This document shows, one piece after another, positions 1 to 9,379 of a stretch of 64,000 nt of DNA. Position numbers and translations under genes: made by a program. Source of the stretch: Candidatus Acidiferrales bacterium (GTDB lineage Bacteria; Acidobacteriota; Terriglobia; Acidiferrales; UBA7541). Numbering within the stretch: position 1 is the first letter of the stretch; each line of letters begins with the position of its first letter. The DNA lies in assembly GCA_049279675.1 (NCBI GenBank), contig JBAPOP010000007.1, positions 705 to 64,704 on the forward strand, given 5' to 3'. The notes below the pieces were generated by a model. The model saw nothing but the letters and a program-made list of their open reading frames with translations, was not told the DNA's origin and did not search any database.

Positions 1-258
1 GGTCAAATGATACGGATTGAACGGTACATTGTGGATGATGAAACTTCCCGAACTGTCCGTCGAATCTGTGCGTGTAAATCCGCTCACAGGATTCTGCACC
101 TCGACGGTTGCGCCAACTACGACGGCGCCGGAGGGATCAACAACTGTGCCTCCCACACTGCCCGAAGTACCAGACGATTGCGCGCGGACGGAAGTCTCTG
201 CGCCAAAACACAAAATCAGAAATGCCAATATGCCGAAATAACGTATGACTCGATTCAT
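1..258 (-). CDS. TonB-dependent-receptor-like protein, N-terminal fragment (signal peptide + carboxypeptidase-regulatory-like domain); continues beyond window start
   Basis: It is absent from the ORF track because it runs off the window. The reverse-strand ATG at 258 is preceded by GGGAGGG (264-270). It translates as MNRVIRYFGILAFLILCFGAETSVRAQSSGTSGSVGGTVVDPSGAVVVGATVEVQNPVSGFTRTDSTDSSGSFIIHNVPFNPYHL. That is a Sec signal followed by the G-T-V-x-D-x-S-G-A beta-sandwich motif typical of acidobacterial TonB-receptor N-termini. Confidence 0.6.
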   Translation of the reverse strand, partial: MNRVIRYFGILAFLILCFGAETSVRAQSSGTSGSVGGTVVDPSGAVVVGATVEVQNPVSGFTRTDSTDSSGSFIIHNVPFNPYHLT

Positions 259-363
259 TTGTCCCTCCCACGGGATGGGCAATGGCCCAATCGGGCTGCC
301 CGGTGTATGAGTGGAATTGGGGCCGCTCCGCATTGCGGAGCGGCATGACAATTGTTGGGGAGG

Positions 364-687
364 TTAAATCGAGTACGAAGGAGGCGCCCTGGAGGGATTG
401 TCCTCGGGCAATTGCTCGAGTTCCGGCGCAAGGACTTCGCCCGGAACGCGCCAAGCGACAGCCAAAAGCACCGGCAGCTTGACTGTGACTGCTGACCGCA
501 CAGGCGCTTGCTGCGCCATGTGGCAGACCGGGCACGTCGCGGACGATGAGTCGTCGTGATTGTGAGCGAGGCTCGACTCCGCTGTAATAAACAGCAGAGC
601 CAGAACTGCCAGGCACACCGCCAACAACTTCGGGGTGCCGAGCCTCGAATTCGAGCGTGAGTTCAACGAGTTGCCAGCGTAAGCCAT
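364..687 (-). CDS. Small membrane-anchored His-rich CPxCH protein (paralog 1), putative metal-binding
   Basis: This is a 107-aa ORF with an ATG start. It has one hydrophobic helix (LLAVCLAVLALLFITA) followed by HNHDDSSSATCPVCH. It is a clear paralog of 6473..6760. It lies on the same strand between czcA and the TonB-type gene. Confidence 0.55.
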   Translation of the reverse strand: MAYAGNSLNSRSNSRLGTPKLLAVCLAVLALLFITAESSLAHNHDDSSSATCPVCHMAQQAPVRSAVTVKLPVLLAVAWRVPGEVLAPELEQLPEDNPSRAPPSYSI

Positions 688-799
688 CGGTCAGCCAATT
701 TGACTCACCTACAAGAGAAAAGGTGACTCATGAAACCACTTCGCGTCGATGGTTCAGTCGAAATAGTTAACAGAACGCACTCTCTGGATAACGTCAATC

Positions 800-3700
800 T
801 CACACCTGCAAGACGTCTCCATCGCGCGCCACCATCTGATAGAGCACGGGGCTCACAATACGGCCCAGGAATAGCCGCGAGATAAGTCCCGCCACAATCA
901 CTATCGCAAACGGTTTCTGAGAGTCCGAGCCCACGCCGGTGGAAAGCGCCGCGGGCAGAAGACCCAGGCAAGCTACCAACGCCGTCATCATGATTGGGCG
1001 GAGGCGGATCAGCGACCCGTCAAGCGTGGCTTCTCGAATGCCGAATCCTTCGAGACGCAGCTTGTTGATATAAGAAACGTCGATGATCGCGGTCTCCGCC
1101 GAGACACCCATGAGCACGAGCAGGCCGAGAACCGAAGAGACGCTGAACGTCGTATGCGTCAGCTTGAGCGCGAGTAAAGCCCCAACCGGTTCGGTCATCA
1201 CCACGCCGATGAGCACTGTGAGCGGGAACTTGAAATTGCCGTAGAGAGCGAAAAGGATTCCAAATATCAGGAGGACAGCAAGCGGGGCGATAACCACGAA
1301 CTGCTGTCGTGCGGCGACGTACTCGCTGTATTCGCCGCCCCAGTCCAGCCGGTAACCCTGTGGCAGCTTGACGGACGATTCCACCGCCTTCTGCGCCTGA
1401 TTCACGGCGCGGGCCAGGTCGCGCCCCTCGATGCTGAACTGGACTCCGATGTAGCGTGAATTGTTCTCGCGATAGATGAACGACGCTCCGTTGCCCTGGT
1501 GAATCGTCGCCAGTTCGGAAATTGGCACCTGCTGCCCGGAAGGAGTCGGCACCAGCAAATTGCCGATGGCGTGCTCGCTCGAGCGGTATTCAGGCTTCAT
1601 GCGCACCACGAGGTCGAACAACTGCTCGCCCTGAATCACTTGCGTGGCCGCCTGGCCGCCCACCGCGGCCTGAATCACGCCCTCGACGTCGGAGACATTG
1701 ATGCCATAACGCGCGATTTTTTCGCGGTCCACGTCGATCTGTACGCTGGGCTGTCCGAGTTCGCGTACAACGGTGAGTTCGGTGAAGCCGGGCACCTGCT
1801 GGAGCACCCGCTTGATCTCGACCGCCTTGTCTTCGAGCACTTGCAGATCCGGGCCGAATATTTTCACGGCGAGCGCGCTCTTCAATCCCGTGAGCGCCTC
1901 ATCGACAGCGTCTTCGGCCGGCTGCGTAAAATTAAAAATCACGCCCGGATAAGAGGCAACTTGTTTCTGAATCTCTTTCGTCAGGTCGGCCTTGTTATGG
2001 ATCGCTCCCTTGCTCCACGTCGCGTCCTTATACGGCTTCAGCCCGACGTAAAATTCGCAATTGAAGAATCCGGTGGGGTCAGTGCCGTCATCAGGGCGAG
2101 CCAGCTCGGAGCCGACTTCTGTGACCATCGGATAGGCCATCAGGATTTTGCGAATTTGCGGAGCGAAGTTGGCTGCCTCTTCGAACGATACCGTGTAGGG
2201 CATCGTGGCCCGTACCCACATGGCGCCTTCGTCCAGGTGCGGCATGAATTCACCGCCGATGAAGGGAATCAAGAGCAGCGAGGCGGCGAAAATGATGGTG
2301 GCCAGGATCATCGTCAGATTCGGGCGGTCCAGGCACCAACGGAGTTCCGATGCGTACTCGTCCTTCAACCATTCGTATCCCCGGTTCACTTTTTCCTTCA
2401 CACCGCGAGTGAACCAATAGGACGCGAGCACGGGAACGAATGTGAGCGTGAAGATCAGCGAGCCGAGTAGCGCCCACGACATCGTTTCCGCCATCGGGTG
2501 GAAAAGTTTGCCGGAAGGGCCGCTGAGCGCGTAGATGGGAATGTACCCGGCGAGGATCACGGCGATGGAATAAAAAATGGGGCGATCCACGTCATGCGCC
2601 GCCGCGATAATCACGTCGTGAAGTTTGTAATCCTGCCCGTGACGTAAAGCCAGTTCGCGGTAGATGTTCTCCATCATCACCACCGTGCCGTCGATGATGA
2701 TTCCGAAATCGATGGCTCCGATGGAAAGCAGGTTTGCCGGGATGCCGCGCGCGTGGAGGAAAATAAATGAAAAGAGCAGGCTCAGCGGAATAGTGAAAGC
2801 GACGATGATCGCCGCGCGCACGCTCACCAGGAAGAAAATCAAAACGATCAAGACCAGGCACATGCCAAGCAGCAGGTTGTGCTCCACCGTGTCGATGGTT
2901 ACCTGCACCAGGTCGCTCCGGTCATAGAAAGGCCGGACCTTCACGTCATGCGGCAAGAGGTCGCGGTTGATCTCCGTCGTCTTTTCTTCCACGCGCTTCA
3001 AAACGTTCTGAGTCTGCTCGCCCGTGAGCATGAGGATGACGCCTTCGACCCTGTCGTCATCGTTCTGGAAACCAAATTCTCCGAGGCGGGGAGCGTGGCC
3101 GATGGTCACCTCGCCGATGTCGCGGATGTGCACCGGAACGCCGTTGTTGCTCCCCACAACGATGCTGCCGATGTCCTCCGTCTTCGTGACCAGCCCAAGT
3201 CCGCGCACGTAGAAAAATTGCGAGCCCTGCGAGTAAAAGCCGCCGCCGGCGTTGGCGTTGTTCGCGGCCAACGCGTTGAGCACTTGCGGCAAGGGAATGT
3301 GGTAGCTGTAAATCTTCGCCGGATCGAGCAGCACTTGGTACTGCATCACCGTGCCGCCGAATCCTGAATCGTCCGCCACTCCCGGCACGGACTTATACGC
3401 GCGCTCGATCACCCAATCTTCGTACGTCTTCAATTCTTGCGGCGTGCGGTCCGGGCTTTCGATCACGTAGCGATAGACGAGGTTTGACGGACTCGAAAGC
3501 GGCGCCAGACTGCCCGTTACTCCCGGTGGCAGCGTGGCATCTGAGAGCCGCTCAAATACAACTTGCCGGGCGAAGTAATTGTCCGTGTCTTCCTGGAACG
3601 TCATGATGACGTCCGATAAGCCATAGAGCGAGATCGACCGCATGAACTCCATGTGCGGCACGCCGTTCATCTGCAATTCGATCGGCAGCGTGACCAGCCG

Positions 3701-3886
3701 TTCGGTTTCTTCGGCGGCGTGCCCGGGCCATTGCGTGATGATCTCGACAAGCGGGGGCGAAAGATCCGGGTAAGCGTCCACGGGCATGCGCTGAAACGAA
3801 ATCGCGCCTGCGACGATCACAAACACCGCCACCATCAGCACCAGGAAGCGCTGCCGGAGAGCGAATTGAACGATGTGATGAATCAT
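800..3886 (-). CDS. czcA: Heavy-metal efflux RND transporter, CzcA/CusA family
   Basis: This is a 1028-aa ORF with the typical HME-RND N-terminus (MIHHIVQFALRQRFLVLMVAVFVIVAG). The TM4 motif AIDFGIIIDGTVVMMEN fits the DFG-DG-EN signature of divalent-cation HME pumps. It is the last gene of a C-B-A operon. Confidence 0.95.
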   Translation of the reverse strand: MIHHIVQFALRQRFLVLMVAVFVIVAGAISFQRMPVDAYPDLSPPLVEIITQWPGHAAEETERLVTLPIELQMNGVPHMEFMRSISLYGLSDVIMTFQEDTDNYFARQVVFERLSDATLPPGVTGSLAPLSSPSNLVYRYVIESPDRTPQELKTYEDWVIERAYKSVPGVADDSGFGGTVMQYQVLLDPAKIYSYHIPLPQVLNALAANNANAGGGFYSQGSQFFYVRGLGLVTKTEDIGSIVVGSNNGVPVHIRDIGEVTIGHAPRLGEFGFQNDDDRVEGVILMLTGEQTQNVLKRVEEKTTEINRDLLPHDVKVRPFYDRSDLVQVTIDTVEHNLLLGMCLVLIVLIFFLVSVRAAIIVAFTIPLSLLFSFIFLHARGIPANLLSIGAIDFGIIIDGTVVMMENIYRELALRHGQDYKLHDVIIAAAHDVDRPIFYSIAVILAGYIPIYALSGPSGKLFHPMAETMSWALLGSLIFTLTFVPVLASYWFTRGVKEKVNRGYEWLKDEYASELRWCLDRPNLTMILATIIFAASLLLIPFIGGEFMPHLDEGAMWVRATMPYTVSFEEAANFAPQIRKILMAYPMVTEVGSELARPDDGTDPTGFFNCEFYVGLKPYKDATWSKGAIHNKADLTKEIQKQVASYPGVIFNFTQPAEDAVDEALTGLKSALAVKIFGPDLQVLEDKAVEIKRVLQQVPGFTELTVVRELGQPSVQIDVDREKIARYGINVSDVEGVIQAAVGGQAATQVIQGEQLFDLVVRMKPEYRSSEHAIGNLLVPTPSGQQVPISELATIHQGNGASFIYRENNSRYIGVQFSIEGRDLARAVNQAQKAVESSVKLPQGYRLDWGGEYSEYVAARQQFVVIAPLAVLLIFGILFALYGNFKFPLTVLIGVVMTEPVGALLALKLTHTTFSVSSVLGLLVLMGVSAETAIIDVSYINKLRLEGFGIREATLDGSLIRLRPIMMTALVACLGLLPAALSTGVGSDSQKPFAIVIVAGLISRLFLGRIVSPVLYQMVARDGDVLQV

Positions 3887-3903
3887 CTAGAGACTTCGCC
3901 CTC

Positions 3904-5136
3904 TCAGCGCTGTAGCGAATTCTGGAATTGCAGGAAAAGACTGCCGTCGCTCACCACCCGGTCGTTCGCTTGCAGCCCGGTGAGGATTTGCGTTTTGCCG
4001 TCTTGGCTCTCGCCGAGCGTTACGTTGCGCCTGGCAAACTCATTGTTCCCGGTCTGCAGGTAAACGTACGGCATGTTTTGGTCGTCACGCAGCACGGAAA
4101 AATTGGGAACGAACATCGCATTTGGAATTACGCCGGCTTGAACCTCCGCCGTCACGTACATCTCTTTCTTCAGGCGCTCACCGGGATTGGAGGCTTCGAT
4201 GCGTGCCTGGAGCGTGCGCGTGTTCGGATCGAGCGCGGCAGAAATGTATTCGATCTTGCCGTGCACAGCGCCGGGATACGATTCATTGTCAATCGTCACC
4301 GGGTCGCCAACGTGAACGAACGCGACATCCTTCTGGTAGACGTTCACGAGAATCCACACCGAACTCATATCCGACAGCGTGAAACACTGTGTGGCTCCGG
4401 GCGCCAGCAATTGCCCCACCGAGCACTCACGGTCCACCACTTCTCCGGCTACCGGCGAGAACAGCGGAATTTCCGCCGATGGAGCCTTACTCACAATTGT
4501 TTCCGGGTCGGGTATGCCGAGGATGCGAATGGCGTCCGCGCTGGATTCGAAGTCCGCCTGCGCCTGCGTGCGATTCGATTCAGCTTGCTCGAGGTCAGCC
4601 TGGGCTATCGCGCCGTGTGCGAACAGATCCTTCGCGCGGACGTAGGATTTGTCCGCGAGCTGAAAGGCATCACGCGCCTTGATATAAGCTGCGCGCAAAA
4701 GAGAGTAGTCCGGGCTGGCAATGTAGAGCATCGGCTGGCCGGCCCGCACGTGCTCACCCGGCGCAACCACGACGCGGCTAACCGGCCCACCCACCTGCGT
4801 GATCACAGGGGTGGTCTTGAAATCGTTGTACTCGACCGCGCCAGTCAATCGGAGGGTGCGCGCCAACCGTCCCTGCTCGACCGGCACGACCTGAATGTGA
4901 GACATCTGGTCGGCAGGCAATGAAAACAATTCCGCTTTGGCCTCCGGGCTTTCCGCCGTCGAGAACGACGTCATCTTGCTGGCTTTTTCTCCCGCGCCTC
5001 CGCAACCGGCCAACGCCAGGGCCGCGGCCAACGCCACGCCGCTCATTCGCATAACGCCCGTTCCGCGTGAGCTACGCAACGATTCGCCGCATACGCTTTC
5101 GGAAATTCCTATGGCAGATCCCTTGTGCGTGTTCAC
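3904..5136 (-). CDS. czcB: Efflux RND periplasmic adaptor (membrane fusion protein), CzcB-like
   Basis: This is a 410-aa ORF whose GTG start overlaps the czcC stop (GTGA). An alternative start at 5052 gives the lipoprotein-like signal MRMSGVALAAALALAGCGG. It has HlyD-type composition and sits between the TolC-like and RND genes. Confidence 0.9.
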   Translation of the reverse strand: MNTHKGSAIGISESVCGESLRSSRGTGVMRMSGVALAAALALAGCGGAGEKASKMTSFSTAESPEAKAELFSLPADQMSHIQVVPVEQGRLARTLRLTGAVEYNDFKTTPVITQVGGPVSRVVVAPGEHVRAGQPMLYIASPDYSLLRAAYIKARDAFQLADKSYVRAKDLFAHGAIAQADLEQAESNRTQAQADFESSADAIRILGIPDPETIVSKAPSAEIPLFSPVAGEVVDRECSVGQLLAPGATQCFTLSDMSSVWILVNVYQKDVAFVHVGDPVTIDNESYPGAVHGKIEYISAALDPNTRTLQARIEASNPGERLKKEMYVTAEVQAGVIPNAMFVPNFSVLRDDQNMPYVYLQTGNNEFARRNVTLGESQDGKTQILTGLQANDRVVSDGSLFLQFQNSLQR

Positions 5137-6410
5137 GGCAGATTCCTTGTGCCGACGGCCTCTCGAAGTTGCTCAACGGCGGTTTGATAGGACGCGAGCG
5201 CCTGGCGATACGCGAGTTGAATGGCGCGATAACTTCGCTCGGCATCGAGAAAATCAAGAAGGCTTGCGGCGCCGCGCTTGTAGGCATACTCGCTGATGTC
5301 GCGCGATTGCTGTGCCTGATCGAGATAGCCGCCGCGATACAGCTGAACGATCTGATCGTTCGTTTGGAGCCCCTCGTAGGAATCGGCGACGTCGGTCAGC
5401 ACCTGTTCCTGTGCGGCCTTCTGGCTCTCCTGCGATTGCGTGATGGCAAACCGCGTTCGCGCGATTTCGCCCTGATTCCGATCGAAAATGGGGAGAGGCA
5501 TGCTCGCGAAGAGCGAAACGGCATTTGTGCCTCCCGTGTGGCTGTAATCCGCGGTTGCTGTGATGTCGCGCTTTCCGATGGCCTTCTGCAATTCGTACTG
5601 GCTTTGCGCTGCCGTCACGCCCTGCACTGCCGCGCGCAAGTCAGGCCGTTGCTGGATGGCGAGAGCTTCAAGGTCGTCGCGCTTCGTGTGGACCGGCTGG
5701 TAATCGAGCTCTCCGGCCACGTCGTAATCCGCGGAGACGGATTCAAATCCGAGCGTCTGGCGAAGAGAGATCAGCGCTTGCACCCGCGCAAGTTGCGCTT
5801 GCGAAAGGTCCGTCTGAAATTGCAGGAGCTGCAGCTTGATCTTGAGCAGGTCTGCTTCGCTCATGTCGCCGTCTTTGTAGCGCGTCTCGCTGATGTCCAC
5901 CGTGTTCTGAAAACTTTTCAGGTCCTGCTCGGCGAGAGCGAGTGTGGATTCCGCAAGTTGCACGTTGATGAAGTCGGAGGCGACGAGAAACGTCAACGCG
6001 CGCTCGTTGTCGGCGACCTGCGATGTTGTTACTGCGGTTACATCCTTCGCCGCTTGCAGCCGGTGCTGCCGCTTTTTTCCGCGCTCAAAGAGATAGCTGA
6101 GGCCGATGTCGAACTGCGCGTTTTGGTCGAAATAATCGGAATTGACAGACTGGAAGGGCAGGAACTGAGCGTCCGCGCCCAGCACGGGATCCGGCCGCAA
6201 ATTGGCGGTAATTTCCTCTGCCTGGCTTTGCTGGATCGTCGTGCGCGCCGCCAGGAGCGTGTGATTGTGCTGCAACGCGAGCTTGATCGCGTCGTCCAGG
6301 CTGATGCGCACCGGACCAGAGCTTTGTGCCGCGGCGATGCCCGCCCATAGCAGCAAGGCAGATAAGACTGAGAAATAGCAAATTCGTGAACGCATAACAC
6401 CACCGTTCAA
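5133..6410 (-). CDS. czcC: TolC-family outer membrane efflux protein, CzcC-like
   Basis: This is a 425-aa ORF with a signal peptide (SVLSALLLWAGIAAAQS) and the internally duplicated OEP-type sequence. It is the first gene of the CBA operon. Confidence 0.9.
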   Translation of the reverse strand: MNGGVMRSRICYFSVLSALLLWAGIAAAQSSGPVRISLDDAIKLALQHNHTLLAARTTIQQSQAEEITANLRPDPVLGADAQFLPFQSVNSDYFDQNAQFDIGLSYLFERGKKRQHRLQAAKDVTAVTTSQVADNERALTFLVASDFINVQLAESTLALAEQDLKSFQNTVDISETRYKDGDMSEADLLKIKLQLLQFQTDLSQAQLARVQALISLRQTLGFESVSADYDVAGELDYQPVHTKRDDLEALAIQQRPDLRAAVQGVTAAQSQYELQKAIGKRDITATADYSHTGGTNAVSLFASMPLPIFDRNQGEIARTRFAITQSQESQKAAQEQVLTDVADSYEGLQTNDQIVQLYRGGYLDQAQQSRDISEYAYKRGAASLLDFLDAERSYRAIQLAYRQALASYQTAVEQLREAVGTRNLP

Positions 6411-6472
6411 ATGAAAATCGGAAGAGAGTGGATCAACGCGCCGAACGCGGCGCAGGGAAAAAGTACAGAAGT

Positions 6473-6760
6473 TTACGCGGAGGGAGGTGCGCGAGCGGGT
6501 ACGCGGCGGGAGCGAGGTGCTGGCTCAGGCGAAGGCTTCAATACTTCGGCACTCGAACTGATCGGCATGAGCAGAGGCAGACGATTGCCCGCAAGCGGCT
6601 TCTCGATCGGTTGATGATTGAAATGGCAGATCGGGCAGGTGCTCTCAGAATTTGAATCGTGATGGTGCCAGACGTTGCCCAGCGTGGTCGTGATGACGAG
6701 AAGCGCCACGAGCGCCAGGGGCACGATCAGATAGCGAGTATATTTGCTAAAGGGCTTCAC
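6473..6760 (-). CDS. Small membrane-anchored His-rich CPxCH protein (paralog 2), positional analogue of czcI
   Basis: This is a 95-aa ORF with a GTG start. It has a TM helix (LIVPLALVALLVITTT) followed by HHHDSNSESTCPICH. It lies 62 nt upstream of czcC on the same strand. Confidence 0.55.
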   Translation of the reverse strand: MKPFSKYTRYLIVPLALVALLVITTTLGNVWHHHDSNSESTCPICHFNHQPIEKPLAGNRLPLLMPISSSAEVLKPSPEPAPRSRRVPARAPPSA

Positions 6761-6874
6761 GTTTTTACTACTGTTACCGACAGGGCCTAAACCATTGTAT
6801 CGGAGATGCCTTACCGAACGGAAACGTTGTGTTTGCTTCGATACTCGCCAGGCACATTGGGCAGGATGCGAGAA

Positions 6875-7153
6875 TCAGGCCGTTTGCTCGAGCGTCTTTT
6901 CCACCATCGCCACGCATTTTTCCACGCGCTTGCGCAGCGGCCCTTCGATCGCTTCCTGCCGCTTCTTCAGCGTGTGAAGTTCGTCGGCGATATTGAGCGC
7001 GGCGAGAACGGCGACGCGGACCGAATCCACCGTGCGCGTGGCTTCCGCCACCGAGCGCATCTTCTCATCCACAAACGCCGCGAGTTCCTTCAAGTACTCT
7101 TCGTTCTCATCCGCTTGAACGTTGTAACTCTGATTGTAAATCTCGATCTTCAC
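6875..7153 (-). CDS. zapA: Cell division protein ZapA
   Basis: This is a 92-aa ORF with a GTG start and a GAGAGG Shine-Dalgarno. Its sequence is MKIEIYNQSYNVQADENEEYLKELAAFVDEKMRSV..., which is ZapA-like. It sits downstream of pheT. Confidence 0.85.
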   Translation of the reverse strand: MKIEIYNQSYNVQADENEEYLKELAAFVDEKMRSVAEATRTVDSVRVAVLAALNIADELHTLKKRQEAIEGPLRKRVEKCVAMVEKTLEQTA

Positions 7154-7276
7154 AGGAGCCTCTCTTCGGCTGAGCCACGTGTATTCTGCGGCGTCGCGTC
7201 TTGAGTGACAAGCAGAAACCTGCGGTTCCGACTACGCTTTTGAATACGGCTCGCAACGGCAGTTTCCCCAGTGAAT

Positions 7277-9361
7277 CTAGCTCGCGCGGAGGGAGGCGCC
7301 GAGCGATTTTTCGAGCGCGGCCACGATTCTCGACGAAAAATCCGTGAGCTGCGCATCCGTGAACGTCGCTTGTGCGCTCTGGAACGTTACTCGAACGAGA
7401 AGCGAATATTTTCCGGCGGGAACGTTCTTGCCGCGGAACAAATCCACCGCTTCTATCCGCGCGACCTCGGGAATCTGCAACGCTCGAATCGTTTCCTGCA
7501 CTTGCGAGAATTTGATTCCATCCGCGAGCAGTAGCGAAAAATCGCGCTCGACCGCCGGAAAACGCGGCAGCGGCTCGTACCGCCGTGAAGCTCGAGTTCG
7601 ATCGATCGCATCCAGCAGCGGCTCAAGCGCGAGATCAGCCACAAATGCATCCGTACGCAATTTGAACGCTTCCGCAGGCTTCCGCCCTATCTTTCCCGCC
7701 ACGCCAAGTGCTCCCTCGGCACCGCCGAGAGAAATTCGCCCGGCAGCGGAGTGCGAGAGCCAGTTCGGAACTCCGGAATCCCACGCGAAGCCACCGGCAA
7801 GCTCGCCAATCCGGTCGAGATCGCCCTTCAGGTCCGCGAATTCGAATTCGCGCGCTCCTTCGTGAATGCTTTTCTCTCTCGCATCGCCCGTCGCACCCAA
7901 CGTGAGAACGCGCGTCTCCACCGGCTGCCCATTCTTAATTGCGTAAGTCTTGCCGATCTCGAAGAGGCGCAAATTGCGCTGGCCGCGATTCAAGTTCCAT
8001 TCGAGCGTGGCAAGCATGCTGACCGCGCCCGAACCGCGCAGCGTCGAAGCTTCTTCAGAAAGCGGATTCGCGATGATCGCCGGCGTCACGCCCTCCGGCC
8101 GGAACAATTCATCCAGCTCTTTATTCACAAGCGGGACCGCGACAATTTCTTCGTAGCCCAGGCCGATCAATCGTTGGCGAAGCAGATCCTCCGCACCCGC
8201 GTGCGGCAATCGCGCAGCCGGCTGTTTCGACGACGGCATTCGCGGCGGAAACTTGTCGTAGCCGTAAATTCGGGCGACTTCTTCGACGAGGTCTATCTCG
8301 CGCGTCACGTCGCGCCGCCACGAAACCGTGTGGCACTCCCATGCAGCCGTCAACGATCCATCGCGGCCGCGATTTTCGTCCGCGCGCACAAGCTGAAATC
8401 CGAGCGCGCCGAGAATTCCCTCAATCTCGCGGTCCGGCGCATCCGCGCCCATGACGCGCAGAAATTCCGTGCGCGTCAGTTCCAACTTTTTCTGCGATTC
8501 GGGACTTGGATAGACGTCCACCACGCCCGCCAGGATCTCGCCGCCGCCAAGTTGCTGTATCAATTCCGCCGTCCGTCGTGAAGCCAACTCCGCCATCTCG
8601 ATATCCGCGCCACGCTCGAAGCGCATGGAAGCTTCAGTGCGCAGCCCCAAAGTTTTGGAAGTCCGGCGAACGGTAATCGGATCGAACCAGGCAGCTTCGA
8701 GGAGAATATTTCGCGTCGAGAATCCAATTTCACTTTCCGCGCCGCCCATCACGCCGCCGATTCCGACGGCGTGCGCCGCGTCGGCAATGACGCACATATC
8801 TTTCGTGAGCGTGCGCTCGACGCCATCGAGTGTTCGCATTTTTTCGCCAGCCCGCGCCCGGCGAACGACAATCCGGTTCTCCGCCAACTTATCGAGATCG
8901 AACGCGTGCAATGGGTGGCCCAGCTCGAACATGACGTAGTTCGTCGCGTCCACCACGTTGTTGATCGAAGCGTGGCCAAGCGCTTCGAGCCGCTGGCGAA
9001 GCCAATCCGGCGAAGGCTGCACTTTCACGCCGCGCAGAACTCGCGCCGTGTATCGCGCGCACAAATCCGGAGCTTCAATTCCGACGCGCGCGGCCTTCGA
9101 TACGGCTTCGGTCGATTCCACAAGCTTCGGCTTCACCGCTTTCAGCGACACGCTGTACAGCGCGGAAATTTCGCGCGCGATGCCGTAGTGCCCGAGGCAA
9201 TCAGCGCGATTCGACGTGAGCTCCGCGTCGAGGACCGGTCCGGCCACGCTCTCTTCAATAGCATCCACCGCCGTCCCCGATAGCGAAAGCCGCGTGCGCA
9301 ACTCCGCCGGCGTCGCCGTAACGTCGACAAATTCTTTCAGCCAGTTGTAGAGAACTTTCAT
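7277..9361 (-). CDS. pheT: Phenylalanine--tRNA ligase beta subunit
   Basis: This is a 694-aa ORF with the N-terminus MKVLYNWLKEFVDV, a canonical PheT start. It shows the expected B3/4, B5 and C-terminal FDX-ACB order. Confidence 0.97.
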   Translation of the reverse strand: MKVLYNWLKEFVDVTATPAELRTRLSLSGTAVDAIEESVAGPVLDAELTSNRADCLGHYGIAREISALYSVSLKAVKPKLVESTEAVSKAARVGIEAPDLCARYTARVLRGVKVQPSPDWLRQRLEALGHASINNVVDATNYVMFELGHPLHAFDLDKLAENRIVVRRARAGEKMRTLDGVERTLTKDMCVIADAAHAVGIGGVMGGAESEIGFSTRNILLEAAWFDPITVRRTSKTLGLRTEASMRFERGADIEMAELASRRTAELIQQLGGGEILAGVVDVYPSPESQKKLELTRTEFLRVMGADAPDREIEGILGALGFQLVRADENRGRDGSLTAAWECHTVSWRRDVTREIDLVEEVARIYGYDKFPPRMPSSKQPAARLPHAGAEDLLRQRLIGLGYEEIVAVPLVNKELDELFRPEGVTPAIIANPLSEEASTLRGSGAVSMLATLEWNLNRGQRNLRLFEIGKTYAIKNGQPVETRVLTLGATGDAREKSIHEGAREFEFADLKGDLDRIGELAGGFAWDSGVPNWLSHSAAGRISLGGAEGALGVAGKIGRKPAEAFKLRTDAFVADLALEPLLDAIDRTRASRRYEPLPRFPAVERDFSLLLADGIKFSQVQETIRALQIPEVARIEAVDLFRGKNVPAGKYSLLVRVTFQSAQATFTDAQLTDFSSRIVAALEKSLGASLRAS

Positions 9362-9379
9362 GTCAGCGATAAATCCGAA

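Noticed and set aside
1499-2470. Long antisense ORFs lie opposite well-supported genes. Examples are 1499..2470, 3928..4923, 5067..6350, 7751..8581, 39090..39995, 42368..43405, 48449..49837, 54277..55800, 59010..59849, 60700..61611 and 33216..34037.
   Set aside because: They sit entirely inside strongly supported genes on the other strand or frame. They have Arg/Ala/Gly-rich low-complexity translations typical of GC-rich mirror frames, and they carry no recognisable motifs.
6761-6874. I considered whether 6S RNA (ssrS) lies downstream of zapA, as in E. coli.
   Set aside because: The gap is only 114 nt, shorter than a ~180-nt 6S RNA. It shows no long imperfect helix with a central bubble.
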